This document shows positions 46,142 through 55,148 of a stretch of 64,000 nucleotides of DNA, piece by piece. The position numbers and the translations under genes are program-made. The notes under the pieces are model-generated. The model saw nothing but the letters and a program-made list of their open reading frames with translations. It searched no databases and was not told where the DNA came from. Each line of letters begins with the position of its first letter. The first letter of the stretch is position 1. The DNA comes from Bacteroidales bacterium (GTDB lineage: Bacteria; Bacteroidota; Bacteroidia; Bacteroidales; UBA932). Location of the stretch: contig JAPXOZ010000004.1 of NCBI GenBank assembly GCA_033811195.1, forward strand, positions 36,625 through 100,624. Direction: 5' to 3'.

Positions 46142-47068
46142 TTAACCTACCACTAAATTCCGCGTGACATTCCATCTGAACCTTACAAGCATATTCCCGC
46201 GACCGGGTTTGAATTGGATGGCGTACCAGCACCAAAGGGCTAGAGTTCCGCACCATTTAACGGCTTCGGTGAAAAGGCGTTTAATGTAGCAGCTTTTGGA
46301 GATCCTAAGAGTGCGTATTCTTTCACTTTCTCCGATGCTACGTGTGAGTCGGTTAAAATACTCTTTTTCCAGTTTGTATCGGGGTATTCTGTGATAGAGG
46401 ATACACTGCGGGAGATACTTGAACTTCATTCCGGCAGCAATCATCTTGTTGAAGATATCTTTCTCTTCACCGCCTCCGAGATTGCCTCCGCTGCGACCAA
46501 GTTCGACATTGTAGAGTCCAACTTTTTCAAAGACCTCTTTGCGATATGCTGCGTTACCGCCGCCAGGATAGTTTTCACCAGGGAAATCTCGCTCTTTGTC
46601 ACCGAAATAGAGATACCCGGTTAGGAGTCTCTTGATGAAATAGGTCATCCATTGCGGCTCTTCTCCCTCTTCATAGTCGGGAATAATAGGGCCCCCCGCA
46701 GCGTGAATCTCAGGATGTGCTTCAAAGAAGGCATTATATCCAGCAAGATATTCTTTGTTTATGGTGGCATCGTCATCCACATAGATAAGAATGTTTCCCT
46801 CAGCCTCTTTAATCCCACGGTTGCGTGCGTAGGAAAGTCCCTGATTTGTCTCGACAAAAGTGCGAAGTTTCACATCGGGATGATCGGAAGCGAATCTTGC
46901 AACTTCCTTACCGGTGTTATCAGTGCAATTGTTGTCCACCAATACTATTTCATATTTCGATTTGGGAAAATCATTCAGTGCAATGCTCTGGAGAACATCG
47001 TAAATATACTTTTCCCTGTTGTATGTACAGATGATAACGGAAATCATTATTGTTGTTTCTATTCGCAA
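46142..47068 (-). CDS. Family 2 glycosyltransferase
   Basis: GT-A signature VIICTYNREKYI...VDNNCTDNT...YVDDDA (DxD). An alternative start at 47047 is possible. Confidence 0.8.
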   Translation of the reverse strand: MRIETTIMISVIICTYNREKYIYDVLQSIALNDFPKSKYEIVLVDNNCTDNTGKEVARFASDHPDVKLRTFVETNQGLSYARNRGIKEAEGNILIYVDDDATINKEYLAGYNAFFEAHPEIHAAGGPIIPDYEEGEEPQWMTYFIKRLLTGYLYFGDKERDFPGENYPGGGNAAYRKEVFEKVGLYNVELGRSGGNLGGGEEKDIFNKMIAAGMKFKYLPQCILYHRIPRYKLEKEYFNRLTRSIGESERIRTLRISKSCYIKRLFTEAVKWCGTLALWCWYAIQFKPGRGNMLVRFRWNVTRNLVVG

Positions 47069-47086
47069 ATTTGTTTCTTTATCTTA

Positions 47087-47094
47087 CAAAGGTA
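47087..47094 (-). promoter_or_regulatory. Candidate -7 promoter box TACCTTTG for the glycan operon
   Basis: The reverse complement of CAAAGGTA lies 19-26 nt upstream of ATG 47068 (40-47 nt upstream of ATG 47047). The octamer is identical to the one at 44050-44057. Confidence 0.35.
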
Positions 47095-47164
47095 ATATTA
47101 TGAATTGATTCATCAAAACTATTATATTCGTATCTCTAAACTGATTTTTTGCTAAACGCTGACG

Positions 47165-48967
47165 CTATTTATTCAGAGAACCGGTAATTTTTAGGTTGAT
47201 GGCACGGACTTGGTCAGCGTCGGGCTTTATTACTTTGCGGTCGTAGGTCATAAGGCCGTTTACCTCTATTTCCACATCGGTAGTTTGTGTGTATATTGCA
47301 CCCGAAAAGCCACGGGCAATCATACCATAAAGCATTTCCGCATATTTTACATATTCATCGGTTACTTCGGTGCTGCTGTTGAAACGGATGTAGCCCCAGT
47401 TACGGTCGGGTTCCCAAAGATGACCTTCCAGAGGCCATCCGATGCCCCCATATTCTCCCATTACATTTATCCTGTATGCATCGTATAGATACATTTTAGG
47501 AGTAGGATAGTGATGCAGGTCAAGTACGTCACCGGTCATAAAGTGGTTGCCACCGCTCGCGGCATTTACAAGGCGGGAAGGATCGTGGCTTTTAGTCCAT
47601 TCTGCTATCTCACAGGTCTTGAACTGTCCCCACCCTTCATTGAAGGGAACCCACATCACGATGCAGGGATATGAATGGAGATAATCCATTATTTCACGCC
47701 ACTCCTTGCGGTAACCGGCTTCCGATTCGGGGCTTCTCACCAGCTCGTTATAGTTGAAATAGTGGGTCATATCCCATTTTGGGGTTTTGTCGCCGTTTGG
47801 CATATCCTGCCATACCAACACACCGAGACGGTCGCAATGGTAATACCACCTTGCAGGTTCCACTTTGACATGCTTTCGGATCATATTGAATCCCAATTCC
47901 TTTGTCTTGATAATATCAAAGGCTAAAGCCTCATCGGTGGGTGCAGTATATAGGCCATCAGGCCACCATCCTTGGTCAAGCAGACCGAAATGGAAGAGAG
48001 GTTTGTTGTTTAATTCCATTCTCATTATCCCGTTCTCATCAGCTTTGTATGAGATCTTTCGCATAGCCGCGTAACTGCGCACAGCATCCACTCTTTTGTC
48101 TCCGGACAATAATACCACCTCCATATCATAAAGAAAAGGAGAGTCGGGACTCCAGAGCTTGGGCTCGGACAGAGCAACTTCCACTTCGTTGCCTACAAGT
48201 GCTTTACCTGAAGCCACCTTAACGTCTTTGTCATAAATGAATACCTCTATTATTCCTTCACTATAGTCTGAAAGCGAAGCTTCCACTCTAAAAATCCCCC
48301 TATCAAGGTCGGGGGTGGTACGTAGGTCGGTGATATGGTGTGTGGGTACAGGCTCTATCCAGACAGTTTGCCAGATACCGGTAACTGAAGTGTACCAGAT
48401 ACCCTTTGGTTCAGCCACTTGCTTTCCCCTAGGCTGCCATCCGGCGTCGGAAGGATCCCATACTCTCACTTTTAGGGTGTTATTTCCTTTGATAAGAGCA
48501 CCTGTGATATCTATGGAAAATGGGGTGTAGCCGCCTTGATGACTTCCGACCTTTATATCATTGACCCAGATGTCACACTTCCAATCTACCGCTCCGAAAT
48601 TAAGTATGATGCGCTCTTTACTCCAGGAAGAAGGGACAGTAAAACTTCTGCCGTACCAGAGGTGATACCCTTTGCCGACACTTCTGCCTACTCCGGAGAG
48701 TGAAGATTCAGCACAAAATGGAACGAGGATCTCACCCTGCCACTCTTCGGGTTGCTCTCCGAAAGGTACGATAGAGTACTCCCATAAGCCGTTGAGGTTG
48801 ATCCATCTCTCGCGTACAACCAGAGGACGGGGATATTCAGGTAGTGGATTTTGGGGGTTGACATTTTCAGCCCAAGGAGTCTTTATTTTGTCTCCTGCGG
48901 GCAGCCATTGGGCATTAGCTATAATTGTTACAAGCAGAAGAAGTGCAGTTATCAGAGATTTTTTCAT
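47165..48967 (-). CDS. Glycoside hydrolase family 2 protein (secreted)
   Basis: Signal peptide, a sugar-binding/Ig-like/TIM-barrel order, and the acid/base region WVPFNEGWG. Confidence 0.75.
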   Translation of the reverse strand: MKKSLITALLLLVTIIANAQWLPAGDKIKTPWAENVNPQNPLPEYPRPLVVRERWINLNGLWEYSIVPFGEQPEEWQGEILVPFCAESSLSGVGRSVGKGYHLWYGRSFTVPSSWSKERIILNFGAVDWKCDIWVNDIKVGSHQGGYTPFSIDITGALIKGNNTLKVRVWDPSDAGWQPRGKQVAEPKGIWYTSVTGIWQTVWIEPVPTHHITDLRTTPDLDRGIFRVEASLSDYSEGIIEVFIYDKDVKVASGKALVGNEVEVALSEPKLWSPDSPFLYDMEVVLLSGDKRVDAVRSYAAMRKISYKADENGIMRMELNNKPLFHFGLLDQGWWPDGLYTAPTDEALAFDIIKTKELGFNMIRKHVKVEPARWYYHCDRLGVLVWQDMPNGDKTPKWDMTHYFNYNELVRSPESEAGYRKEWREIMDYLHSYPCIVMWVPFNEGWGQFKTCEIAEWTKSHDPSRLVNAASGGNHFMTGDVLDLHHYPTPKMYLYDAYRINVMGEYGGIGWPLEGHLWEPDRNWGYIRFNSSTEVTDEYVKYAEMLYGMIARGFSGAIYTQTTDVEIEVNGLMTYDRKVIKPDADQVRAINLKITGSLNK

Positions 48968-49017
48968 AACTTTATAGTCCGTAAATTACAGGTTATACTT
49001 ACAAAATTATAAAGAAA

Positions 49018-50103
49018 ATGAAGCTGTTCAAAATAATCGGGATGCTTTCGCTAACAGTGGTTATGACATTTGCCTGTCACAGTACCCACGAGGCCGAGAT
49101 GATTACAATATCCAACCACAATGGAATGTCAGCTACTTTTACCAATTTCGGAGCACGCCTTACTTCTCTGATTGTACCGGCATCTGATGGTACTTTTAAG
49201 GATGTGGTATGGGGTTATGATACCATAGAGGAGTATTATGCCTCAAATGATCTCTATTGTGGCCCGATTGTGGGTAGATATGGCAACAGGATAGGCAAGG
49301 GGAGGTTTCTTCTCGATGGAAAGGAATATTTCCTTACAACTAATGATGGAGAAAATCATCTTCACGGTGGAACAGGTGGCTTGAGTACGAAAGTATGGAG
49401 AATGGAGAAGCTCTCTGATCTCGAGGTAAAGATGAGTATAGTCTCTCCTGACGGGGAGGAGGGCTATCCCGGCAATGTGGAGATCTCTGTCTACTATACC
49501 ATTAATTATGACAACTCCCTTGACATTAGGTATGAGGCAGTTACGGATGCTCCTACAATAATTAATCTAACTTCACACGTCTATTTTAATCTCCATGGAA
49601 CATCAAAACACTCTATAAACAGCCATATCCTGAGAATAAATGCCGGCCATTTTACGCCAACTGATGAAGGTTTGATTCCAACCGGTGAAATTGCTTCCGT
49701 AGAGGGCACACCTCTCGATTTTCGTATTCCGACAGCTATTGGGGAGAGGATAGATGAGACCTCTTTCGAGCCCATTGCTTTCGCAGGAGGTTATGACCAT
49801 AATTGGGTGCTTGATAAAGATAGGGAATTCTCTGTTGCAGCTGAGGTTTTCGAACCCTCAACAGGCATTGTGATGCAAGTGTGGACAGATCAACCCGGTT
49901 TGCAGTTCTATAGTGGAAATTTTATGGATGGTAAAGATATCGGACGTGGCGGCGACATACACGGATACCGCACAGGGATAGCCCTCGAAACACAGAATTA
50001 TCCCGATGCTCCCAATCATCCTGATTTTCCCTCATCGGTATTGAGACCTGGAGAGATCTATAAGCATCTTACTCGCTATTCTTTTTCTCTGAACGCTTTT
50101 TAG
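49018..50103 (+). CDS. galM: Aldose 1-epimerase (galactose mutarotase), exported
   Basis: Signal/lipoprotein-like N-terminus plus the mutarotase blocks ENHLHGG and GIALETQNYPDAPN. Confidence 0.85.
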   Translation: MKLFKIIGMLSLTVVMTFACHSTHEAEMITISNHNGMSATFTNFGARLTSLIVPASDGTFKDVVWGYDTIEEYYASNDLYCGPIVGRYGNRIGKGRFLLDGKEYFLTTNDGENHLHGGTGGLSTKVWRMEKLSDLEVKMSIVSPDGEEGYPGNVEISVYYTINYDNSLDIRYEAVTDAPTIINLTSHVYFNLHGTSKHSINSHILRINAGHFTPTDEGLIPTGEIASVEGTPLDFRIPTAIGERIDETSFEPIAFAGGYDHNWVLDKDREFSVAAEVFEPSTGIVMQVWTDQPGLQFYSGNFMDGKDIGRGGDIHGYRTGIALETQNYPDAPNHPDFPSSVLRPGEIYKHLTRYSFSLNAF

Positions 50104-50341
50104 GAGGATTAAGGGCTACCTCTACATGGATTAATCTCTTCATATGTTGGGTGCCATTAAGCGCAGCGATGGCTGCAGCACCTTCTTCATCATTCATCTC
50201 CACAAATCCGTAGCCTCTGGAACGTTTTGTTTCGGGGTCAACTATGATGCGTGCGGATGTCACAGTACCATACTGTTCAAACAACTGTATCAGGTTTTCT
50301 CGCCTCGCTTTATAGCTGAGCCCATAGATAAAAATCATCAT
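50069..50341 (-). CDS. RRM-type RNA-binding protein
   Basis: 90 aa with RNP-2 IFIYGL and RNP-1 RGYGFVEM, then a basic tail. The last 35 nt overlap the 3' end of galM (convergent). Confidence 0.85.
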   Translation of the reverse strand: MMIFIYGLSYKARRENLIQLFEQYGTVTSARIIVDPETKRSRGYGFVEMNDEEGAAAIAALNGTQHMKRLIHVEVALNPPKKRSEKKNSE

Positions 50342-50391
50342 CGTTAATTATATCTTGGTAAGGTTGTTTCATGGTTAAGGGGGCAGTTACT

Positions 50392-51801
50392 TCATTCTCC
50401 CTCTCCGGTACCGTCAAAGCAATGTGTACACAGGGACTCTTTGGGAAGTCCTATTGCTTGCACTATATCTTCAACACTGTTAAAACGGAGCGTGCTCATA
50501 TTGAGGCTGTTCCTTATGTATTCCACCATACGGGCATGCTCAGGGCAGCTATGGCAGGAATATTTGTGCAAATCGGCAGATCCCGCTTTCTCAACTTCGT
50601 GGATAAATTTTCGTGTGATCAACTCCAGCGTCGATCTGGATGATGAAAAGTTGAGAAAAGGACAGGGGTGGATGATCGGGGGACAACTTATCCTGATATG
50701 AACCTCCTGAGCTCCATGAATGTAAAGAGCTTTAACGTTGTTTTTAAGCTGCGTACCGCGCACTATGGAATCGTCGCAAAAGGCAACTCTCTTGTTCTTT
50801 ATTATGGAGTAGTTAGGGATTAGTTTCATTTTTGCCACCAGTTCCCTGGTACGCTGGCTTACAGGAGTAAAACTGCGGGGCCATGTGGTGTTATACTTGA
50901 CAAGGGCAGCCCTGAAAGGAATACCTTTACCTCTTGCGTATCCCACCGCCATACAGGTTCCCGAGTCCGGAATTGAGGAGACTACATCCAGCGGAGTGTC
51001 ATCTTTTGCACCCATTATGCTGCCAAGTCTGTTGCGCACATCATCTACATTTATGCCTTCGTAGTTGCTGGTGGGGAAGCCGTAGTAGATCCAAAGGAAT
51101 GAACAAATCTGGAGCTTCTTATGTGGTGCAATCAGTTGTGTTATACCCTCCGCAGTGAGTAACACCGTTTCACCGGGGCCAAGTATATATTCGCTCTCAA
51201 AACCAATATTGGGGAAGGAACAGTCCTCGGAGGCTACTGCAAAGCCCTCTTTGTCTCTACCTACGATTAGCGGAGTGCGGCCGTATTTATCCCTGGCTGC
51301 GATGATTCCGTCAGATGTGAGGATTAACATCGTTAGGGAGCCCCTGATACGGCTGTGTGCATATGCTATACCTTCGGAAAATGAGTCCTTTTCAGTGACG
51401 AGGTGTGAGGCAAGTTCAGTTTGGTTGGTCTTTCCCGAGCTTATTTCTGCAAAATTTTTGTTTTGGGCAAGAAATTCCTCTTCGAGCTCTTCGATGTTGT
51501 TGATTTTGCCGACCGTGGCGATAGCAAATCTGCCAAGGCGGGAGTTTATCAGTATCGGCTGCGCATCAGTGTCGCTTATCACTCCGATACCGGAATTGCC
51601 ATCAAATTTGGCAAGGTCGGGTTCAAATTTAATTCTGAAATAGGAACTCTGTATGTCATGGATGGAGCGCGCAAAGAATCCGTCACGGTTAATAACCGCC
51701 ATTCCGGCACGTCTAGTGCCGAGATGTGAGTGATAATCTGTTCCGTAAAAAAGTTCGGTTACGCATTCGCGTTTGGATATTACTCCAAATAAACCCCCCA
51801 T
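50392..51801 (-). CDS. purF: Amidophosphoribosyltransferase-like protein lacking the N-terminal Cys nucleophile
   Basis: PRTase motif FCDDSIVRGTQL and an Ntn-glutaminase-like N-domain. The start at ATG 51801 gives MGGLFGV where canonical PurF has (M/propeptide)CG(V/I)xG. C-terminal Cys residues (CPPIIHPCPF, CTHCFDG) suggest the Fe-S type. Confidence 0.7.
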   Translation of the reverse strand: MGGLFGVISKRECVTELFYGTDYHSHLGTRRAGMAVINRDGFFARSIHDIQSSYFRIKFEPDLAKFDGNSGIGVISDTDAQPILINSRLGRFAIATVGKINNIEELEEEFLAQNKNFAEISSGKTNQTELASHLVTEKDSFSEGIAYAHSRIRGSLTMLILTSDGIIAARDKYGRTPLIVGRDKEGFAVASEDCSFPNIGFESEYILGPGETVLLTAEGITQLIAPHKKLQICSFLWIYYGFPTSNYEGINVDDVRNRLGSIMGAKDDTPLDVVSSIPDSGTCMAVGYARGKGIPFRAALVKYNTTWPRSFTPVSQRTRELVAKMKLIPNYSIIKNKRVAFCDDSIVRGTQLKNNVKALYIHGAQEVHIRISCPPIIHPCPFLNFSSSRSTLELITRKFIHEVEKAGSADLHKYSCHSCPEHARMVEYIRNSLNMSTLRFNSVEDIVQAIGLPKESLCTHCFDGTGEGE

Positions 51802-51853
51802 AATTTCAGATTTGTAATTCAACCGACAAAGGTAGCATAAATAAAAATATAAA

Positions 51854-52897
51854 CTACTCCAAACTGGCGATAATGGAAATAATTTCATTCAATAATCCCA
51901 CCGTAAAATGCAATATCGAAGCTGCGCAAGTACCTGCAATAGGTATTCTCTTGGTAATAATGGCAGTGGCAGTCAGATAGAGTGAGGCTCCTGTAAGGGG
52001 TATTGCGAGAATGTTGGTAATGAGAAAAAAAGCCGAAAAATGTCCGAAATATAGAAAGGCGATGACTCCGGCGGTCATCTGGCAGCTGATACTTATACAG
52101 ACGCTGTTCCATAATTTCTCCAGAAGTCGGATGCGGGTATGCATCAATCCTTTCAGGACAGGATAGATGGTGAAAATGGAGAATACGGCAAAGAAAGAGA
52201 GCTGAAATCCAACCTCTCTTGGAGCTTCTGGGTTAAAAATTGTGATTATAAGTGCGCTGGCAGCTAGTGAAGTGAGTCCATCCCTGTCGGAGTAGCGCCA
52301 TCCGGACAATTCGTGAATAGTAATCATAAGTACCGCTCTAAATATAGAAGAGCTGAGTCCGGTAATAATGGCAAAGCCCCATAATGAAAACACTATTATG
52401 AGACTTTTGAGCCGCTTTGCAGCAATTGATCCGCCAATAAAGAAGAGCATTAGCTCCACAAGTTTGTAGATGATGCCTACGTGAAGTCCCGAAAGAGCCA
52501 ATAGGTGTGCTGCGCCGCTTTTTCTATAATTTTCCCTCAATTCTCGGTTAATATCGCTCTTGTCGCCTGTTGTCAATGCACGTACTATGGCCAGTTCGTC
52601 ACCTTCGCTGAGTATCTCTCCAAGCGATGTTGAAAAATCCTCTTTGAGAGCAGCTGCTGTACGATCAATTGCAGAGACCTTGATATCAACGGGAATTCTG
52701 GAGACTTGGAGTGATGCAGCCCCCAACAGAAAAAGTGTCGTCAGCAGTAGTATCCCTTTTTTAAATATCCTTGCTGTTATAGCGCAAACGATTGCCGCTG
52801 CAAAGAACAGGATAGGTGGTAGAGTCAGCCATCCTCCAAACAAATCGCCCGCAATGAAAGCGAGCGAACAGAAAAAAAGTCTCCTACCTTTCCACAT
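51854..52897 (-). CDS. ComEC/Rec2-family membrane protein (competence domain only)
   Basis: 347 aa, polytopic, with ComEC-typical blocks YRKSGAAHLLALSGLHVGIIY and GFQLSF. No C-terminal metallo-beta-lactamase domain. Confidence 0.65.
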   Translation of the reverse strand: MWKGRRLFFCSLAFIAGDLFGGWLTLPPILFFAAAIVCAITARIFKKGILLLTTLFLLGAASLQVSRIPVDIKVSAIDRTAAALKEDFSTSLGEILSEGDELAIVRALTTGDKSDINRELRENYRKSGAAHLLALSGLHVGIIYKLVELMLFFIGGSIAAKRLKSLIIVFSLWGFAIITGLSSSIFRAVLMITIHELSGWRYSDRDGLTSLAASALIITIFNPEAPREVGFQLSFFAVFSIFTIYPVLKGLMHTRIRLLEKLWNSVCISISCQMTAGVIAFLYFGHFSAFFLITNILAIPLTGASLYLTATAIITKRIPIAGTCAASILHFTVGLLNEIISIIASLE

Positions 52898-52962
52898 AAT
52901 CCTTCCCTCTATATTTCAAATTGCAATGTACAATTATTTTTTGAAAGGTCGCCTATAATGAC

Positions 52963-52970
52963 TACTTTTG
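52963..52970 (+). promoter_or_regulatory. Candidate -7 promoter box TACTTTTG for ackA-ptb-buk
   Basis: TAnnTTTG match 37 nt upstream of the ackA ATG (53007). Confidence 0.4.
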
Positions 52971-53006
52971 TAGGATAAATCTGACAACAATAACCAGATA
53001 TATATT

Positions 53007-54218
53007 ATGATAATACTTGTACTAAATTGCGGAAGTTCCTCTTTAAAATATCAAGTGCTTGATATGAGGAGCGACAATGACTATTCACTTCTGGCTAAAG
53101 GCCTTGTAGAACGTATCGGAGAAAAGATGGGTATTTATAACCACCAGTTACCGGGCAAAGAGAAAATTACTGTAGAAAAACCTGTGCCCAACCACACTGT
53201 GGGTATCTCCAAAGTACTCGAACTGCTTACTGACAAATCTCTCGGAGTTATCTCTTCACTTGAGGAAATAGAGGCCGTTGGCCACAGGGTTGCACACGGC
53301 GGTGAGTATTTTTCAGGCAGTGCTGCGATTGATGATGATGCAATTGCCAAGATTGAGAAGTGCGGCGAACTCGCTCCTCTTCACAATCCCGCCAATCTGC
53401 TCGGTATTCGTGCCGTGCAGTCCCTTATGCCGGAGATCCCCCAGGTGGCTGTGTTTGATACATCATTTCATCAGACCATTCCCGATTATGCATATATGTA
53501 CGCAATTCCTTACGAGTACTATCAGAAATACAAGATCCGTCGCTACGGATTTCATGGCACCAGTCACAAATTTGTGGCAAAGAAGGCCTGCAACCTCGTA
53601 GGCTTGGATATTTCAAATTCAAAAATTGTCACTTGCCACCTCGGCAACGGCAGCTCTATCACAGCAATTAAGAATGGACGTTCCATTGACACCTCTATGG
53701 GATTCACCCCTATGGAGGGTCTTGTTATGGGCACCAGAAGCGGCACTGTTGATGCAGGAGTGGTAACATTTCTCGAAGAGAAAGAAAAGCTCAGCGCAGC
53801 TGAGATTAATACAATTCTGAATAAGAAAAGCGGACTTCTCGGTGTATCACAGGCCTCTTCAGATATGAGGGATATTGAGTCCGGTGCAGGAAGTGGCAAT
53901 GCCAACGCTGCACTAGCACAAGAGATGCTTTTTTACGGCATCCGCAAATTTATCGGCGCCTACGCCGCAGCAATGGGTGGACTCGACATGATTGTCTTTA
54001 CAGGCGGTATTGGAGAAAACTCCTCCATCACACGTGAACAAGCGTGCGAAAACCTTGAATTTATAGGTGTGGATTTTGACAAAGATCTCAATAGAGCTGT
54101 CAGAGGAAAGGATGTGGTCCTTTCCACCCCTTCATCCAAAGTGAAAGTTGTAGCTGTAACCACCAATGAGGAGCTGGTAATTGCACAAGACACAATGAAT
54201 ATTGTAAAAAACAAATAA
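53007..54218 (+). CDS. ackA: Acetate kinase
   Basis: MIILVLNCGSSSLKYQ N-terminus and RYGFHGTSH block; 403 aa. Confidence 0.9.
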   Translation: MIILVLNCGSSSLKYQVLDMRSDNDYSLLAKGLVERIGEKMGIYNHQLPGKEKITVEKPVPNHTVGISKVLELLTDKSLGVISSLEEIEAVGHRVAHGGEYFSGSAAIDDDAIAKIEKCGELAPLHNPANLLGIRAVQSLMPEIPQVAVFDTSFHQTIPDYAYMYAIPYEYYQKYKIRRYGFHGTSHKFVAKKACNLVGLDISNSKIVTCHLGNGSSITAIKNGRSIDTSMGFTPMEGLVMGTRSGTVDAGVVTFLEEKEKLSAAEINTILNKKSGLLGVSQASSDMRDIESGAGSGNANAALAQEMLFYGIRKFIGAYAAAMGGLDMIVFTGGIGENSSITREQACENLEFIGVDFDKDLNRAVRGKDVVLSTPSSKVKVVAVTTNEELVIAQDTMNIVKNK

Positions 54219-54234
54219 TTTAACACTAAGAACA

Positions 54235-55140
54235 ATGATTACAAATTTCGAACAGATTTTTACGCAGTTGCGTTCAAAAAACAGAAAGCGCCTTGTTGCA
54301 GCTTGGGGTGTTGACGATCACACTATTACTGCTGCCCGTTTGGCAGTTGACAAAGGCATCGTTCACGCCATTCTCGTGGGTGATGCTGATATGATCAATG
54401 CAGTTTGCAAGGCGGAGGGCATAAACCCTTCTATGTTTACCGTTGTTGACAACAAAGATGAACTCCAATCGATTACACAGGCTGTAGATATGATCAATGC
54501 AGGTGAAGCTGACATCTTGATGAAGGGTCTTTGCAGCACTGATAAATATATGCGTGCCATTCTCAATAAAGAGCGCGGACTCCTTCCCCCCAAGGCAGTT
54601 TTAAGTCACGTTTCAGTGCTTGAGAATCCCAACTACCATAAACTTATCATTCTTGGTGACATGGCAGTAATCCCTGCCCCGGACTTCAAGCAGAAAGTTG
54701 CTATCACCAGGTATCTGGTACAGACCGCACATGCTCTCGGTATAGAGAAACCTAAAGTAGCCGCTATCGCAGCCACCGAGCAGATGCTTGAGGGTATGCC
54801 CGCTTGTGTTGAAGGAGCCATGCTTGCAAAGATGGCAGATAGAGGCCAGATTAAAGGTTGTTACATTGACGGTCCTCTCGCACTCGACGTAGCTATCTCC
54901 AAAGAGGCTGTAGAAATTAAGAAACTTGAGAGCAATGTAGCAGGTGACGCCGACTGTCTGTTGTTCCCCAATATTGAGTCAGCCAACGTCTTCTACAAGG
55001 TTAACTCACAGCTTTCAGTAGGTGTGAAACAGGCTGCAATTGTAGCCGGTGCAAAGGCTCCATGCGTACTTTCAAGTCGTGCCGACAGCATTTACACTAA
55101 GCTCAATTCTATCGCTCTTGCAGCTCTTACGGCAAAATAG
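54235..55140 (+). CDS. ptb: Phosphate butyryltransferase / phosphotransacylase (PTA_PTB family)
   Basis: 301-aa PTA_PTB-sized protein directly upstream of butyrate kinase. Confidence 0.75.
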   Translation: MITNFEQIFTQLRSKNRKRLVAAWGVDDHTITAARLAVDKGIVHAILVGDADMINAVCKAEGINPSMFTVVDNKDELQSITQAVDMINAGEADILMKGLCSTDKYMRAILNKERGLLPPKAVLSHVSVLENPNYHKLIILGDMAVIPAPDFKQKVAITRYLVQTAHALGIEKPKVAAIAATEQMLEGMPACVEGAMLAKMADRGQIKGCYIDGPLALDVAISKEAVEIKKLESNVAGDADCLLFPNIESANVFYKVNSQLSVGVKQAAIVAGAKAPCVLSSRADSIYTKLNSIALAALTAK

Positions 55141-55148
55141 ATCTCAAG

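Noticed and set aside
51802-51888. 29-codon N-terminal extension of the PurF-like ORF (MKLFPLSPVW...)
   Set aside because: It overlaps the end of the ComEC-like gene, is hydrophobic and Cys/Tyr-rich and unlike PurF propeptides, and does not restore a Cys at the nucleophile position.
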